From the NCBI GenBank assembly GCA_040954595.2, contig CM082578.2, positions 1,966,831-2,030,830 on the forward strand: 64,000 nucleotides of DNA, read 5' to 3'. Origin of the DNA: Balanoglossus misakiensis (Eukaryota > Animalia > Hemichordata). Every line of letters begins with the position of its first letter. Position 1 is the stretch's first letter. Of this stretch, positions 10,923 to 24,588 are shown piece by piece. A model generated the notes under the pieces. It did not search any database. It saw nothing but the letters and a program-made list of their open reading frames with translations, and was not told the origin of the DNA. A program made the position numbers and the translations under genes.

Positions 10923-12177
10923 TGACGTGTACAGCTGGAACTTATGATACAGGAGATGAATGTGCTAGCTGTCCTGTTGGATCTTATCAAAATTCCGCTG
11001 GTCAAACATCATGCATTACCTGTCCATCAGGTTATAGTACACACGATAAACACAGCAAGAGTCAAGATGACTGTATTGGTAAGAGAAATAGTCTATAACG
11101 AATACCACATCATCTCTGATGAGCTAGCACTGTGACTGACAGACTCGTTTATTTTATTCCACATACGGTTTTGGTAACACGTACAAACGAGATTTTAAAA
11201 AAAGCCATTACATGAATACTTTGAATTTTACAGATCGCACATCATGCAAACAAGGTGCTTCTGTTGGATGTAATTGTAAAAAACTGTGTTGCTATTGACT
11301 TCTCTAGATTTCAATCTTTTTATGACGTGATGATTCAAAACTAAATAGTACATGCAGTTTATGAATATATAGTGTTTAAGGTCAAATTGTGATCTTTTTT
11401 TAACTTTTAGAGTTGTGCAAACCTGGCTATTACTCAGATGATGGTAAAGCTCCATGTACACAATGTGTGCAAGGATCTTATCAACCAGATTATGGTTCTA
11501 CTGATTGTCATCTGTGCCCAAATGACACGTCAACACACGGGGTAGCAGTTGTAGTAGAGAGTTGCAAAGGTAGATTGCAAAGATTATTTTACAATGCCAA
11601 GTTTTTATTGGGCCAAAAAAATAGTATATGCTGTTCTGATTACATGGTTTTCAGAAATAGGGTAGGTAGGTAGGTAAGGATTTTTTTTTATTTTGCGATT
11701 TTTTTTAGCTCTCAATGTGCATTTCACATCAGAAAAAACTATAGTGTAGAAGAATGACATCATAGTCCTGCGTGATGTGCGCGATTTCGTCATAGTTCTC
11801 GCATGATTTGCGCAATTTTCATAAATTTTGTATGTTTGACAACAATGTTTTTTTTTACTTCTGGGTTTACGAAGCTCTAAAAAGTTTAGGGTCAGCAGGT
11901 TATAATTAGGGTAGGTCGGGTAATCGGAACAGCACATATTTTTTATTTTGGCCTCATTTCATCTTTTCCAGGATACAACATCATATTAAAATTTCAATTT
12001 GTATTTAACTTCCAGAAAAATGCACAGTTGGCTCATATTCCAACACTGGTCTTGAGCCATGTGTACTTTGTCCCCGTCACTATTACCAGAATGAGAGTGG
12101 TTCCAGAGAATGCAACCCATGTCCAACAGGACTGCGTACAACGCATGAAGGTGCCAATAGTTTGGATGACTGTATAG
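10923..12177 (+). CDS. Three GCC2/GCC3 (ephrin-receptor-like Cys-rich) repeats, exons 10923-11078, 11411-11569, 12016-12177
   Basis: CxxGxY...CxxCPxGxYQ...CxxCP...C pattern in each phase-1 exon. Confidence 0.88.
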
Positions 12178-12321
12178 GTAGGTACATTTGGCATAAAAAT
12201 TGAAGGGTTTACTTATATATTGATTACATATTCTTTTCCTATTTCTTGAGTTTCTTGCAAAAAAAAAACATATTGACCAAATTTGATCATTATGGTTTTA
12301 TGTTTACATCGTTTATTTCAG

Positions 12322-15300
12322 TTATTGATATATGCGAGTACATGTCGCCTTGTTTGAATGGTGGTACCTGTACCAACACTGCAGATGGTTATAGCTGTCA
12401 ATGCTCAGCACATTATATTGGGTAAGCAGTCGAATATGTTCTCTTGTTATGTTAAAGTGTTTTATCATACATGCAACACCTGTATTTAACACTTTCTATT
12501 GTTCTCGCCCCGAAGATATTATACGGTATTTCACAATGTGAAAATATCGCGTCCGCGTCTCGGCGCGACAGTTCGCTGCGCGCGCGAGCGACGCACGAGC
12601 CATAGGACTCTAGTGGAGAGGGGTGTTGTAAAATTCGGTTATTAGAAGCTGTAATAAAGTTTTCAAAGCTGGCGGTTTTGTCATGTTTAGTTCTCCGAAA
12701 TTCTCAATGCAAAATAATTGTTAACATGATATTTTGAAAGAGAACGTAGACAATTTTATTTAGAATGCGGATGTGCCCATCGTAATGAAAGCTGCCAACC
12801 CCCTTAAAATGATACTACGGCCCACACATCATACGTCACAACATGGCTACTGCCGTGATCCCAGCGCCCGGTTCAAATTTGAAATTGTTTTTCTCGGCGC
12901 ATTTTCGCAAATCGTACTGTTTTATAGGTAGGCATGTATGATAAAGGGGTTATTACACGAATTTTGGTCGATAACGCGACGCATTCTCGTGATGTCCGTA
13001 TTTTGACTCGTTGCGCAGCGAATCTCGTCAAAATACGGACAATCACTCGAATACGACAGATATACCTAATATATATGCACCAGTATCGGCGCATTTTCGC
13101 AAATCGTACTGTTTTATAGGTAGGCATGTATGATAAAGGGGTTATTACACGAATTTTGGTCGATAACGCGACGCATTCTCGTGATGTCCATATTTTGACT
13201 CGTTGCGCAGCGCAACTCGTCAAAATACGGACAATCACCCGAATACGACGCGTTATCGACCAAAATTCGTGTAATAAACCCTAATTATTTGCGCAAGTGT
13301 GCACATACATTGTACAGATATACCTAATATATATGCACCAGTATTTATTTAAGCAATAAAACACCCCCAGCCATGGTATACCACGAGATTTTGACCAGTT
13401 CACGACATATACGCACGAGCGATAGCGAGTGCGTATATGGAGTTGAACTGGTCAAAATCGAGTGGTATAACATGGCTGGGGGTGTTTTATTGCTATTATA
13501 TTATGCCAGTATATTGAAACTTTGCATAAAACATTTTAAAAAGGCATTTTCTTTGACTATGATATATGACTGTGGTATATGGCTAATATATCACGGTCAC
13601 ATGTCGTGACTCGACCAATCAAATAGCTTGATTTACACCATCAATATACTGGTATAATATAATTCCTTATAACAAACCTGAAAGATCCATAAAGGTTTGT
13701 AATGTTCAGCTTATGAGGAGTATGCTCAAAATCAGAGGAATTGAAAACATATATCCCAAATTGAACAGACATATAGTCATTTGCCAGTGGCATCACAGAG
13801 ATGCATCTGATCATAACTTAGTGAAATTAGATGCCATTGTCTCATAATTATACATTTGTATTACTACCTTCATGACTACATGTTTACGAAAACACATGGA
13901 AAGGTGTAGTACCTTTGTTCTAAGGACCACTTTCATTAAGTCATTACTGGTAATTGTACATACAAATCTCCTGAAGAACACTATCCATGGTAACATCTAT
14001 GTGTTGATTAAGAATCAATTTAAGTGAAGTTAAAACACATTGGGCTGTTCTAAAACTTCAGATTTCTTCCATTATGCAGGAGTAAGACTTGCAAGTTGCA
14101 GTGTTGTATAAAAACAATTAATCTGTAGTTCTGAAATAGTGAAGGCAGGTATTTTGGAATTGTTTTACTTTGTGCATATTTTATGGAAACTCTTTGTTTT
14201 CTTATAGAAATCAATGTGAAATCCCTGCACTGTGCAGCAGTGAGCCATGTCAGAATGGTGGCTTGTGTGAAGAATTCAACACAACAGACATACAGTATGC
14301 AACCTACAGCTGTCTGTGTCTAGATGGATACTCAGGTGATCTTTGCCAGATTGATGTGGATGAGTGTGCTTCTGATCCGTGCCAAAATGGAGCCACCTGT
14401 ATTGACCTCATTGCTGATTATAACTGTACATGTGCACCTGGATATGAAGGGGGAGACTGCTCATTGGATGTCAATGAATGTGCAGATGACCCTTGTGACT
14501 TGGTTGGAACCATGCAATGTCAGAATTTGATCAACGACTTTGCTTGCCAGTGTAAAGCCGGATATACAGGAGAGCTGTGTGAAGAAAATATAGGTAATTC
14601 TTCGCAAACTTTTGTTTGAATCAAGTGTTGATCTAGGAAATTCTTGAAAGTCCCAGACTTTGGAAAATGGGAATGTTAAATACGCTGGAATAGAAAATCT
14701 TTTAGTCTTCTCCAAAATGTCATGTACGTAATTTTATCTGACAAATAGAACTTAGTACAGTACAGTATAAACAACTGGTATTATATCCACCTTATTCTTA
14801 AATCTTTCTTCATAATCTCATAAAATCTAAAATTTTAATTTTTATCACAGATGACTGTCAACCAAATCCTTGTCACAATGGTGCAACGTGTCTAGATCGT
14901 GTGAACTCCTGGAGATGTGAATGTGTGGAAGGATTCCGAGGATCGATGTGTCAACATAACATAGATGATTGCCAGGACGTTCTCTGCCAAAATGGTGGAA
15001 CGTGCCAAGATGAGGTCAATGGATTCACATGTGCATGTGTTTATGGCTGGACTGGTGAGTCTGTTGAATGTTTGTTGTCGTACGTACGAAAGTACATGTT
15101 TCAATTTAAAGGGACATTACCTATAACTTTTGGCTTTATTTCCAGTATTTTTGTTCTGTGTACCAAATGTTATGTAATTTTGTACACTGAACAAAACAGC
15201 ATGCTATATATGCCCAGTACTCTACTTGTCACCATAGTATGTATGTGCATAACAGTCACTGTTTATTGTTGACAAATGAATGCTGGTCGGGACTTAAATT

Positions 15301-17498
15301 CAAATTTTGCATAGTAATAATGGTGACTTATATACACATATATGTTTTGGTGATAAACTAGATGCTAGGCATTTCCTTATGTGTTAAGTATTCAAACAAA
15401 AACCTGCAGTAAATACACAAAACAAAAATATTGAAAACATACCAAAAAGTTACAGCTAATGGAGCTTTAAAATTAATAGAAAGTGATGTGCAATTTGTAT
15501 TGGCAGAACATTTATATACTGTAAAACGGGTTATTTTCGCGAGCAATACATTTTTCGCAAAATATGCAAGAGCCGAAAAAACGTGAAAATAAAAAGTTGC
15601 GTAATTGTTTTTTTTTCGGAGATAACGATGAAGTGAAATACTAGACCATGAAAAGTAATCCTCACAGTTGCTTCTTTTGATATCGCGAAAATTTCCTGTC
15701 ATGAAAATAACCCATTTTACAGTATTTAGATTCATATATTTTAAATCCCTGCATGATAATTACTTGATCACAATTCTCTTACACGGTAAGGTTTTTCAAT
15801 AGTAATGTCATCTGGCATTTTATGTCCTGAATGTAACATACCGCTAAAACAAAATTTAATTTCTTGCGTTATTATTTTTGTAGGCTACCTTTGTCAAAAC
15901 CAGACAGAACCGTGCATGCCAAACCCATGTCATAATGAAGGCGTGTGTGAAGTCCTTGTTGAAACTGAAGCATACATGTGTCATTGTTTGCCAGGATATA
16001 CTGGGCAAAACTGTCAGGTTGGTCTTTTAACTTAACATATTCACATGTTGTGATTAAGCAATTACTCCAATTATTATGGAAAAGTGAATTTTCCTTTGCA
16101 GACCAGACCCAGAGATGCTTAACTGCAACTTCTAAATTGCAACAAACCCAGTAGTTTTCTCGTACATTTAAGAGCTGTGGGGTACTATCCATTACCATGA
16201 CAACACTGTGATACAAAATACTAGTAAACTTTAAAATGGTCATAACCTTGTTAGTTTTGTGGATAGTGTTTGAATGAAATTAAGTGTTATCTGCTGTGGA
16301 AAAAATTCTAAAACCTGATCAGTAGTAAACATAAAGATATCTGCCCATTAAAATTTTATAAATTTATACTATAACATGTCTAATAAATTCATGTATTTTC
16401 AGGATGAAATCAACGAATGCGAGTCCAATCCTTGTGTCAATGGTGGTACTTGTAATGATTTAGTGAATGCATATGAATGCAGTTGTGTTGACGGTTTTAC
16501 CGGTCTTCGCTGCGAGCAAAACATCAATGAATGTGCTCCTGATCCATGTCAGAATAGTGGCAACTGCACTGACCTCATCAATGATTACATTTGCGAGTGA
16601 GTATACATTTTTTTTTAAATCGGTACATATTGATTTCATTCATTAGTTTTGAAAACTTGTTTTGCCAGATGTGTAGTTGGGTATGGTGGTAAGAACTGTG
16701 ATGAGGATATTGATGACTGCATTGGTGACCCGTGCCAGAATGAAGCCGAATGTATTGATGGACTGAACACGTACACTTGTAATTGTCAACCAGGTAACTA
16801 ACAGATTTGGAAGATTAAATTTGAAGATTACTGATGTACCATACAAACAGACCCTTCCGGGAATTGTATTTTTTGTCCAATACCGAAGTCATAAACCCCC
16901 AAAAGTGTGCATTTTCTTAAAAACAAGATATAGTGGAACCTGATCGGATAGCACACTACAATCATTTATGCTGTGTAATGCTCAAAAATTGGCAGCTGTA
17001 GAGGTATAAATTTAGAATGGATCCAGGAAGTGTTGTGTCAACCAAAGGCTGTATGTCGTATGTTGTATGTCTATCATAAGAACCAGGAGAGGGCTGAGAA
17101 TATTAATTTTGTGGTGGATGCTTTTATATCATAATCATTCTATTTAGATTGCATCACGAATCAAGCCCAGAAATGTTTGCTGCTGTTTCCCTTTTTCATA
17201 AATTTGTTTGGCATAATCCTTTGTTTCTTCACATTAACAGGGTTTGAAGGAGACTTCTGTGAACATAATATCAATGAATGTGACGAGTACCCCTGTGAGA
17301 ATAATTCAACATGTTACGACACTTTAGGCAGTTATTATTGTTTGTGTGCTAATGGATTTGAAGGCAGCCACTGTGGGACCAACATTGATGATTGCCATGG
17401 TAACATGACATGTCAAAATGGTGCCACTTGTCACGATGGAATAATGGAATTCACATGTGAATGCCCTCCGAGGTTCGAAGGGACACTTTGTGATAGAG
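12322..17498 (+). CDS. Array of 12 Notch-type (mostly Ca-binding) EGF repeats; exons 12322-12421, 14208-14593, 14851-15054, 15884-16017, 16403-16596, 16669-16793, 17241-17498
   Basis: Repeated D/N-I-D/N-E/D-C..PCxNGxTC...YxCxC..GF/YxGxxC. All junction phases are compatible. Confidence 0.9.
12894..13500. repeat. Cluster of CpG-rich hairpin (palindromic) non-autonomous elements, with a ~190-bp tandem duplication
   Basis: 12894-13085 is repeated from 13086. Near-perfect palindromes are centred on gcgcagcg and gagcgatagcgag. Confidence 0.7.
15517..15724. mobile_element. MITE family 1 copy (reverse orientation)
   Basis: tactgtaaaacgggttatttt...aaaataacccattttacagta. Confidence 0.8.
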
Positions 17499-18424
17499 GT
17501 AACTGTGTGCTGACCATTTGTGATCCTATTCTTGGTTTCTTTAGTAATGTTTACTGTAAAATGGGAAATTTTTGCCGCAAACTACGCGAGAGCCAAAATA
17601 ACATGCAAATAAAACGTTGCGTAAAAAAAATTTCGGAGATAACAATGCAGTGAAATACACGAACACGAAACTTAATCGTTGTGTAACAGTTGCCCCTTTT
17701 GATATCGCGAAAATTCCCTGTCGCGAAAATTTCCCATTTTCCAGTATTTATTTCCATGCTGTACCATGCATATTACTTTTTACAGCCTGAATTTCATTTA
17801 CCTGTATTCTTCTTTCTCAGAAATCTGTCGATCAATTTACCAATCATTGAATGTATTATATAAATAAGCAAGCAGGCTTGCTGCACAATCAGATGTATAG
17901 AGGCTTGGATCTTTCATTACATTTGCTGGTTCTTTGCTGTTCTGTTCTCGGATGTGCGCCTCACTACATGTACATCTGAATCTACTCCATTGAAAATGTT
18001 GAATGTGTTTTTTCAAAAGTAACCAATCTAAAAGCAGCTAACTTAACGCTTTTTGCTATGTGTTCTGACAGGTGCATTATGTCTTCTGTAACGAGTGCTT
18101 AGATTGGCTTGAGAAAGCACATGATTTTCTATGTGCATATGAGGAGAATATTTGAGAATAGGAAAGCAAAGAACTAGCGAATGTAAATATCAATCAAACA
18201 CTACACCAGTTAGCCAGCAAGCCATCCAGGAAACAAACTCATATGTTAGTATTTTCATTTTAGCTTGAAGTACAGTTTTATAGAACTGATAATATTCTAT
18301 AGATGAAAGTACATAGTACAGTAACATACCATTCCAGTACAAACAAGTAATAATAAGCTGCACATGTTTTGGTTGTAAAGCTTAGTCTAATGTTCTGTTA
18401 TGTTTGCTTTTATATTTCTAACAG

Positions 18425-19957
18425 AAAAGTCATCCAATTATGATCTCTTCTTCAATGGAGCTGACTCAATGGTTGTCTCACCAACATTTAATTGCAGTCA
18501 AGACTTCAGTGTATCACTGTGGGTCAGATATAGCACCACTGATAAATCAACACCAGGTGTCTATCTTACCATAGCATTGCAAGGATCAAGGTACTCTTTA
18601 TGTTATTCTTTCTAGTCTGCAACCAATCTGATTAAAATCAGAAGCCCCCGTTCAACCTCCCGTTGTGGCCAGGCCAATCAGTACAGTTGAAAGTTCCTGC
18701 ACTAAAAAAATAAATATTACAATGAAATGAAATATAATGTCTCGGGAGTTCATTTACTTCCATGTGTTCTAGTGGATGAGATAATGCTTTGTTTAGGAAT
18801 TTCAAAGTGGGAAATGCAACGTTTTCTCATTGTATTTTGCATTTTCTCACAGTGGTGACCATATTCCTTTGCGGCGAAGATTTATTATTTGTCTGGTTTA
18901 AACTTGCATATGCACTTATACTTAGGGTTCATACTACTTGTGCATAGTTCAGTGCATACTTCTGTATGGGCTAAAGGTGGTGCAGTTTGAAAAAAGTGTG
19001 ATAATTTCCCAAAAGTAACAGCTGATGCACCGATTTATGTCTAATCTCTGTTTTGAATTTCTTGGCAGCTTAACCCAAGTTGATAGTACCCTTCCTTGTC
19101 CTGGACAGAAGTCTATCTGTCAGTACAAATGGTGTAACCGTATCAGTTGATGACAACTCGTGGCATAATGTTGTCATGGTAATTGAAGAAGGCATTGTGG
19201 CAGTTTACTTGAATGGTGTTGCAGTAACATCACCCCTTCCATCCTGGACAGGTATCGCTGACTCAGAAAAGTAAGTTGCTCGTGGAACTCCGAACATTTT
19301 TAACTCCTACAAAGCCATAGAAAATTGTCATCATCACATGTTAAAATTCTATATTTTCCTATACTGTCAAGTTTTCCCAAGCCTCAAGAGAAGTGAACCA
19401 TTTATTTGTGAAGCAGTTATCTTGTTTATAACTTATCTGCTAGGTAGCTTGTCTTACTCCTACATGACAATACAATATCATCATAACATGTTGCGACTTA
19501 CAACAAAACTGGCCAAAAAAATCAAGGGAGCAAACTATGGACATCAGCAAAGCTATCTTCGTGGCACTTTCAAATTCAAACTTATGCGGAACGATACTGA
19601 TTTTCACAGTTTATTTTTGACAACTTCTTACCAGCACTTTTAATGAATTCATTATTCTCTTGTTTTTCAACAGCTGTATGGTAATTCTTGGTCAAAGCTA
19701 TGACGAAAATGGACTCCTTGACAACTATTTTAGCTTCCATGGTGATGTTACACAGATGAATGTATACGATTATGTATTGACTCCTGTTGAAATCCAGAGT
19801 CTGGCTTTGAACTGTTCACAAAGTCCACTTGGCAATCATGTCATGTGGGTTGAAATGGATCAAGAGTTATTGGGTAGTGTGGTCAAAATCCAGCCATCAG
19901 CTTGTGGAAGTACCAGGTGCCCAATTGGTTACTCTGGTTCACCATGCACACCTGTTG
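18425..19957 (+). CDS. Pentraxin/LamG-like domain, exons 18425-18590, ~19069-19270, 19674-19957
   Basis: FSVSLWVR, DNSWHNVVM...VYLNG, VILGQ...SFHGDVTQMNVYDYVLT..EIQSLALNC. The frame at the 19069 acceptor does not join cleanly (possible frameshift). Confidence 0.8.
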
Positions 19958-20296
19958 GTAAATAGCCTTATTCATTACTATCAAACAATTTTATGCATAA
20001 TCTGACGAGGAGAAATTGGGTCATATTCACAGAAATGATTAATCCTAAATCCTTACTTTAACACAGCTCTCCTTGTAATGTTGTGTCTGTCCAGGGAAAA
20101 CTGTGTGAAATTTTGAGTAGTTTTTCCTGTGTACATTCACCAGCCCCTAGCTGCTGTGTGTTGTACTCCAATCACACAGCCTGCAATCTCCCTACTTTAG
20201 GAAGTATAGGGAATCATCATCTGCCCATGCCTGTATCGCTCACTCTTTTTGTTTCTACCGTACATGTATTTAACACTGAATGTAATGATACTATTC

Positions 20297-20395
20297 ACAA
20301 CCACCACCACCACCATCATCATCATAATCATCATCACCACCACCACCACCACCATCATCATCATCATCGTCATCATCATCACCATCATCATCATC
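20297..20395. repeat. (CAC/CAT)n trinucleotide microsatellite (copy at 53088-53192)
   Basis: Intronic; lengths differ between copies. Confidence 0.9.
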
Positions 20396-20695
20396 AGTTT
20401 CTGCTGTTCCAAGAACTAGGCTTATCATGAGTGTAATTGATCATATCATTTATTATGCCTATGGATACCATCTCATGACTCCTGTCCTATCTTGTAGTGT
20501 TTCTTGACAGTGATCTAGTCTATTCACATGTATCAGAAAACAAGCACTTAACAATATCTGGATTTCTCATGAATATGTGACAGATATTAACATCTAGTAG
20601 TGCATTTACCTAAATGTACCAGTTTATGCATAGGGGGTGTGGACCAGTTGTTTAATTTACAAACATTTGTTATTCTTTCACTTTTTTTTCTTCAG

Positions 20696-21635
20696 ATAAA
20701 CACGCTCCTGAAGTCATTTACTGTCCCAATACGACCCGTATAATTAGTCCTAATAGCTTGACAACAGGAGTATGGCAGGAGCCTATATTTACAGATGATG
20801 TCGCCATTGCCAATGTGACACAAACCTACACAATGGGTAAGTTTCCTATAAAATATCATTTCTGATTATAGATAATATATAACATTCACACTAACTAAGT
20901 TTTTTTTATCGGGGTGGGGTGGGGAGTTGATCTAAACAGAAACCAACAAGCTGAGACAACTTTCCTAAGATTATGGTCAGTATGAAGCATACTGGTACAG
21001 TTTATTCTTGTGGCCGTTACTCATATATGGCTAGCACATCCTATGTGCGACAGATGATCTTGCTTCCAAGTATTAAAGCCTCAATTGCTGATACTATTAC
21101 CATATGTTTATAGGCCCTTTCCTCGATCCCAGGGCAGTACAATGAAGTTAAAACTCGAAAGCATTTGTGTTTGCACGTAATTGTTTATTGGAAACAAAAG
21201 ATTTGACCAACTGTTGAGCAAGGCCTTTAATCAGTAAAGTACTTAATATTCTCCACTACTACTGGGGATACCCATACCACAAATGTTGTGTTCTCTTACA
21301 ATGGGCAGTTGAATAAACGTGTGCGGCACCATATCTGTTTAGTATACATATCTTGTTCATGTTTATATGTACAGTCACAATCAGGAGTTGATAATATGCC
21401 TGTGTATACCCACCAGATAGCTCACTTAAATGGACCATTCTAAGTTTGAAAAGAAAATCATGAAAAACATTCAAGAAACGGAAGCTATTTTGGCTTTAGC
21501 ACCCATGCCTGTAATGATGTGCATAATTTTGTTCTTACAGGTGACACCTTTTCCTGGGGAACCTACCAGATCGCTATGTTGCTTCAGATACAGCTGGCAA
21601 CAATGCACAGTGCAACTTTTTACTCTATGTACTGC
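20696..21635 (+). CDS. HYR domain 2, exons 20696-20836 and 21541-21635 (frameshifted in copy A)
   Basis: DKHAPEVIYCP...WQEPIFTDD...GDTFSWGTYQI-SYVASDTAGNNAQCNF. One A is missing relative to copy B (54370). Confidence 0.85.
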
Positions 21636-24588
21636 GTGAGTGAATTTTTTTATCATTCATACATAAACTTTACAAATTAATTAATATCTTGACAAATTGT
21701 CATCTCTACCCCTTGTTATGTCTTGTCACATACTGTAAAACGGGACATTTTCGTGACAGAAAATATTTTGCAATATATCAAAAGAGGCAACTGTGACACG
21801 AGAATTAAATTTCCGCATTCTAGTATTTTACTAACTACTCTGGTATCTCTGAAAAACATTTTATGCGACTTTATTTTCTTCTTCTTTTTTGCATCATTAT
21901 CACTTTTGTCCCTATGTAACTATCAAAAATTATAACAACATCATTCAGAACATACAAGGACACTCAAACCCGTCTAAAACAAACCCTGTCTAATCGGGAA
22001 ACCTCTCTTCAACCAACAGCTTTTCCTAGTCCCTTTTACATAGAAACATGTTAATGTGTTGGTGTTCTGTTTACAAGATTTGACTGTGTAATAAATATGG
22101 GTGTCACACATACACCATTAAGACAGTTCTGAAGCATCTCAGAATTGATACTGTCTTAAAAAAACATGTGTGGACGGTGTAAGTGGTCCTGAAACGTCTC
22201 AGATTTGAGACGGCTCTGCCAGCCAGACCTGAGCCGGTGTAAGGATTAACACCTCTCCGCAACCCATTGTCTATGGGGCCGAGCCTCAGCGCCTATACAT
22301 AAACTTTGATTGGATGACATTTTGCATTCCTTAGTTGACACACACAAAATGTTATCCAATGACGTGAAGTGTATTACACGGCAGAGACTACAATGTGCCA
22401 GAAGACAGTTCCAGAGTCATTTATTCAATGTTTTTTAACGAATTTGGCTAATTTGTGGCCGTGTGAAAAATATAATCTCACACACCAAAGACCTGGGATC
22501 ATATTTCTCACGCTCATCAGGGATATTTTGTCCCACACTCGCCTGCGGCTTGTGTGGGACACTAAATCCCCAACTCATGTGTGAAATATGATCCCAGGTC
22601 CTTGGGGAATGGGAGATTCTAGTAATCCCACACTCTGGCAGATTTGAAAGCATTATATGTGCAATACATGGACAGAAACTTCAATGTGCCAGCAATCTAA
22701 TTAGTATCAGATGTAGAGTTAGGCGCTTTTGATAGGTTTGGCTATTCTGTTCTCTTAGCTTTGGCTGTTCTGTTCTCTGTCTTGGCTGTTCTGTTCTCTG
22801 TCTTGGCTGTTCTCGGGTGCACGCATCTCTTTCATACAGAACAGCCAAGAATCAGCGAAAGTAAAGAAGGCGCCTAATTCTACATCTGATTTTAATCAGA
22901 TTGATGTGCCAAGTGACAGTTACACGAGAAGTAGAATCTCAAACACCGAGGAACCTGAAATAAGATTTCTGACACTCAAACTAAAATATTGCATCTCACA
23001 CTCACCTTTGCCCATGAGAAGAAATCTAACACCATATCCTTTGGGATGTATTAGATTCGGTTAATCTCCTACATGGGACGCAAGACCTGTAATTCATTTT
23101 CCATAGCCAACAATGGGAGCTTTGAGCTAAATATTCCTATTTTATAACATTCAGCGAGCCAAATTCCATTGCATGGTTTTATCTTTGATGTTATATTCTG
23201 CCATTATATTTTCCAAGAAATAAAAATGACTCAGGTGAAGTATTTGAGCCCCAGTAACTCTAACATTTGACTGTTTTTTCAGTATTTTTCTCCTGTGTCA
23301 TTTTCTTCTTTTACTCGTTATAGCTTTTCAACAAAGTCTGTATATAAGCAACGGCCATTGTTATTGTAGAAAATGAATTCGAGTCTCGACTTCATTCAAT
23401 TTTCATCAATAACAATGCAGATTACTACAAAAGGGCTGTTTTGAAATAATATCTTAGTATAATTTCTGGCACTCGACGTAGTCAAGGGGTTTAACCCTAA
23501 TGCTACTGGGTGTCATATCTGTTCAGCGTGTCATGTCCCTTAAAAACCTATATGCCATTTTTCTTCTAAAATATATTTTGACTGTCTTGACATGGCTCTC
23601 ATACGTACTTAGACACACTTGGCAGTCTGAACCCCCTGTAAAATGTACCAAATCGCACTGGTTTGCACTGTATTGGTTTGAGGGTCTTGTATAGGCCCAA
23701 CTGATTAACACACACTTGGCAGCCTAACATGCCTGGGAGCCAGGATTCTAGGCACCCTGGAAATTAGTCTGGTCCCCTGCCCCAATCCCACCGCTGGCTG
23801 CGCTACGCTAAAGGGAAAGGGGTCAGGTACGGCCCGATTTCACACCCAGAAACCTGGGAAGACCATGTGATCATAAACAAGATGGATGCCTCCAATGTCC
23901 GTACGTGTTGGTCAACACTCATTCGCTGTCATGGAAGGGGATCATGACAAAGAAAGAAAAGAAAAATTACACAGTAGAACTTCAAATGAACAGCTCTTTG
24001 TTGTAGTACAACAGAGAAGGTAACGCCACAACCTATCAAATGTCACAGAATTCATCAAAGTATGAGCCCAGGAAAAAAATTCCAGACAATTTAAAGTGAA
24101 AGGATCGTCGCGCTGCGTTTGTTTGTTTATAAACATTACAAGTCATCCACAAATCCCTGAAATTAGATCATTCTTAGAATGAACGGAGCAGCCAACTGTA
24201 GCGTAGACTGGGCATGAAAGCAACTGAAGATCTTAGTAGGTCGTGGTGACTACAGTGGGGTTTGTGCTGGTATGGGAGGACATATTCTCATCAAGGGGGA
24301 CAGCCCTTCCCTTTAAACTCGACATACAGCCTATCAGTTAACTTTTCGTATCAATCAAAATTGACTAGGAAAGATCAAAATGTCTGGCTTTTTTCATTAA
24401 GGTTAGTGAATTTAATAACTGGAAGTTGTGAAAAAAAGTACCATTTACTCTCCCACAAATCAAGAGTCTCATATTTTTGAGGAATGATTCTCAGAAAATC
24501 TTGTTCAGTTGCTTTGCAGGGTCTTTATGGCCGTCCTTGTTATAATGTTTCTCATTTTCTGACTCTTTCTGTTGTTTGTTTTATGCAG

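Larger units (their letters stand above)
1..21635 (+). pseudogene. Uninflatable(Uif)-like giant EGF/Sushi/HYR cell-surface gene, copy A (5' end outside window, 3'-truncated, disabled)
   Basis: About 29 GT-AG exons, almost all phase-compatible, encode expansin-like, mucin, SEA-like, HYR, Sushi, GCC2/3, EGF and pentraxin modules. In-frame TAA at 4890-4892 (TAT in copy B) and a 1-bp deletion at 21572/21573. No Sushi or TM exons follow 21635. Confidence 0.75.
20204..23453. repeat. Segmental duplication block 2 (direct copy at 52995-56404)
   Basis: Shared (CAT/CAC)n tract, HYR exons and intronic MITEs. Confidence 0.95.

Noticed and set aside
12873-13238. 121-aa ORF with internal repeat
   Set aside because: Produced by the duplicated hairpin element; no protein-like features.
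12322-19957. Notch, fibropellin or SVEP1 as gene identity
   Set aside because: No LNR/ankyrin, avidin or VWA domain. The LDLa-CUB-Sushi-HYR-GCC-EGF-LamG-TM order fits a Uif-like gene. Orthology is unproven, so no symbol is given.
20083-20430. Poly-His ORF (and 52961-53227, plus antisense poly-Met/Val ORFs)
   Set aside because: Translation of an intronic (CAC/CAT)n microsatellite; no phase-compatible splice sites were identified.
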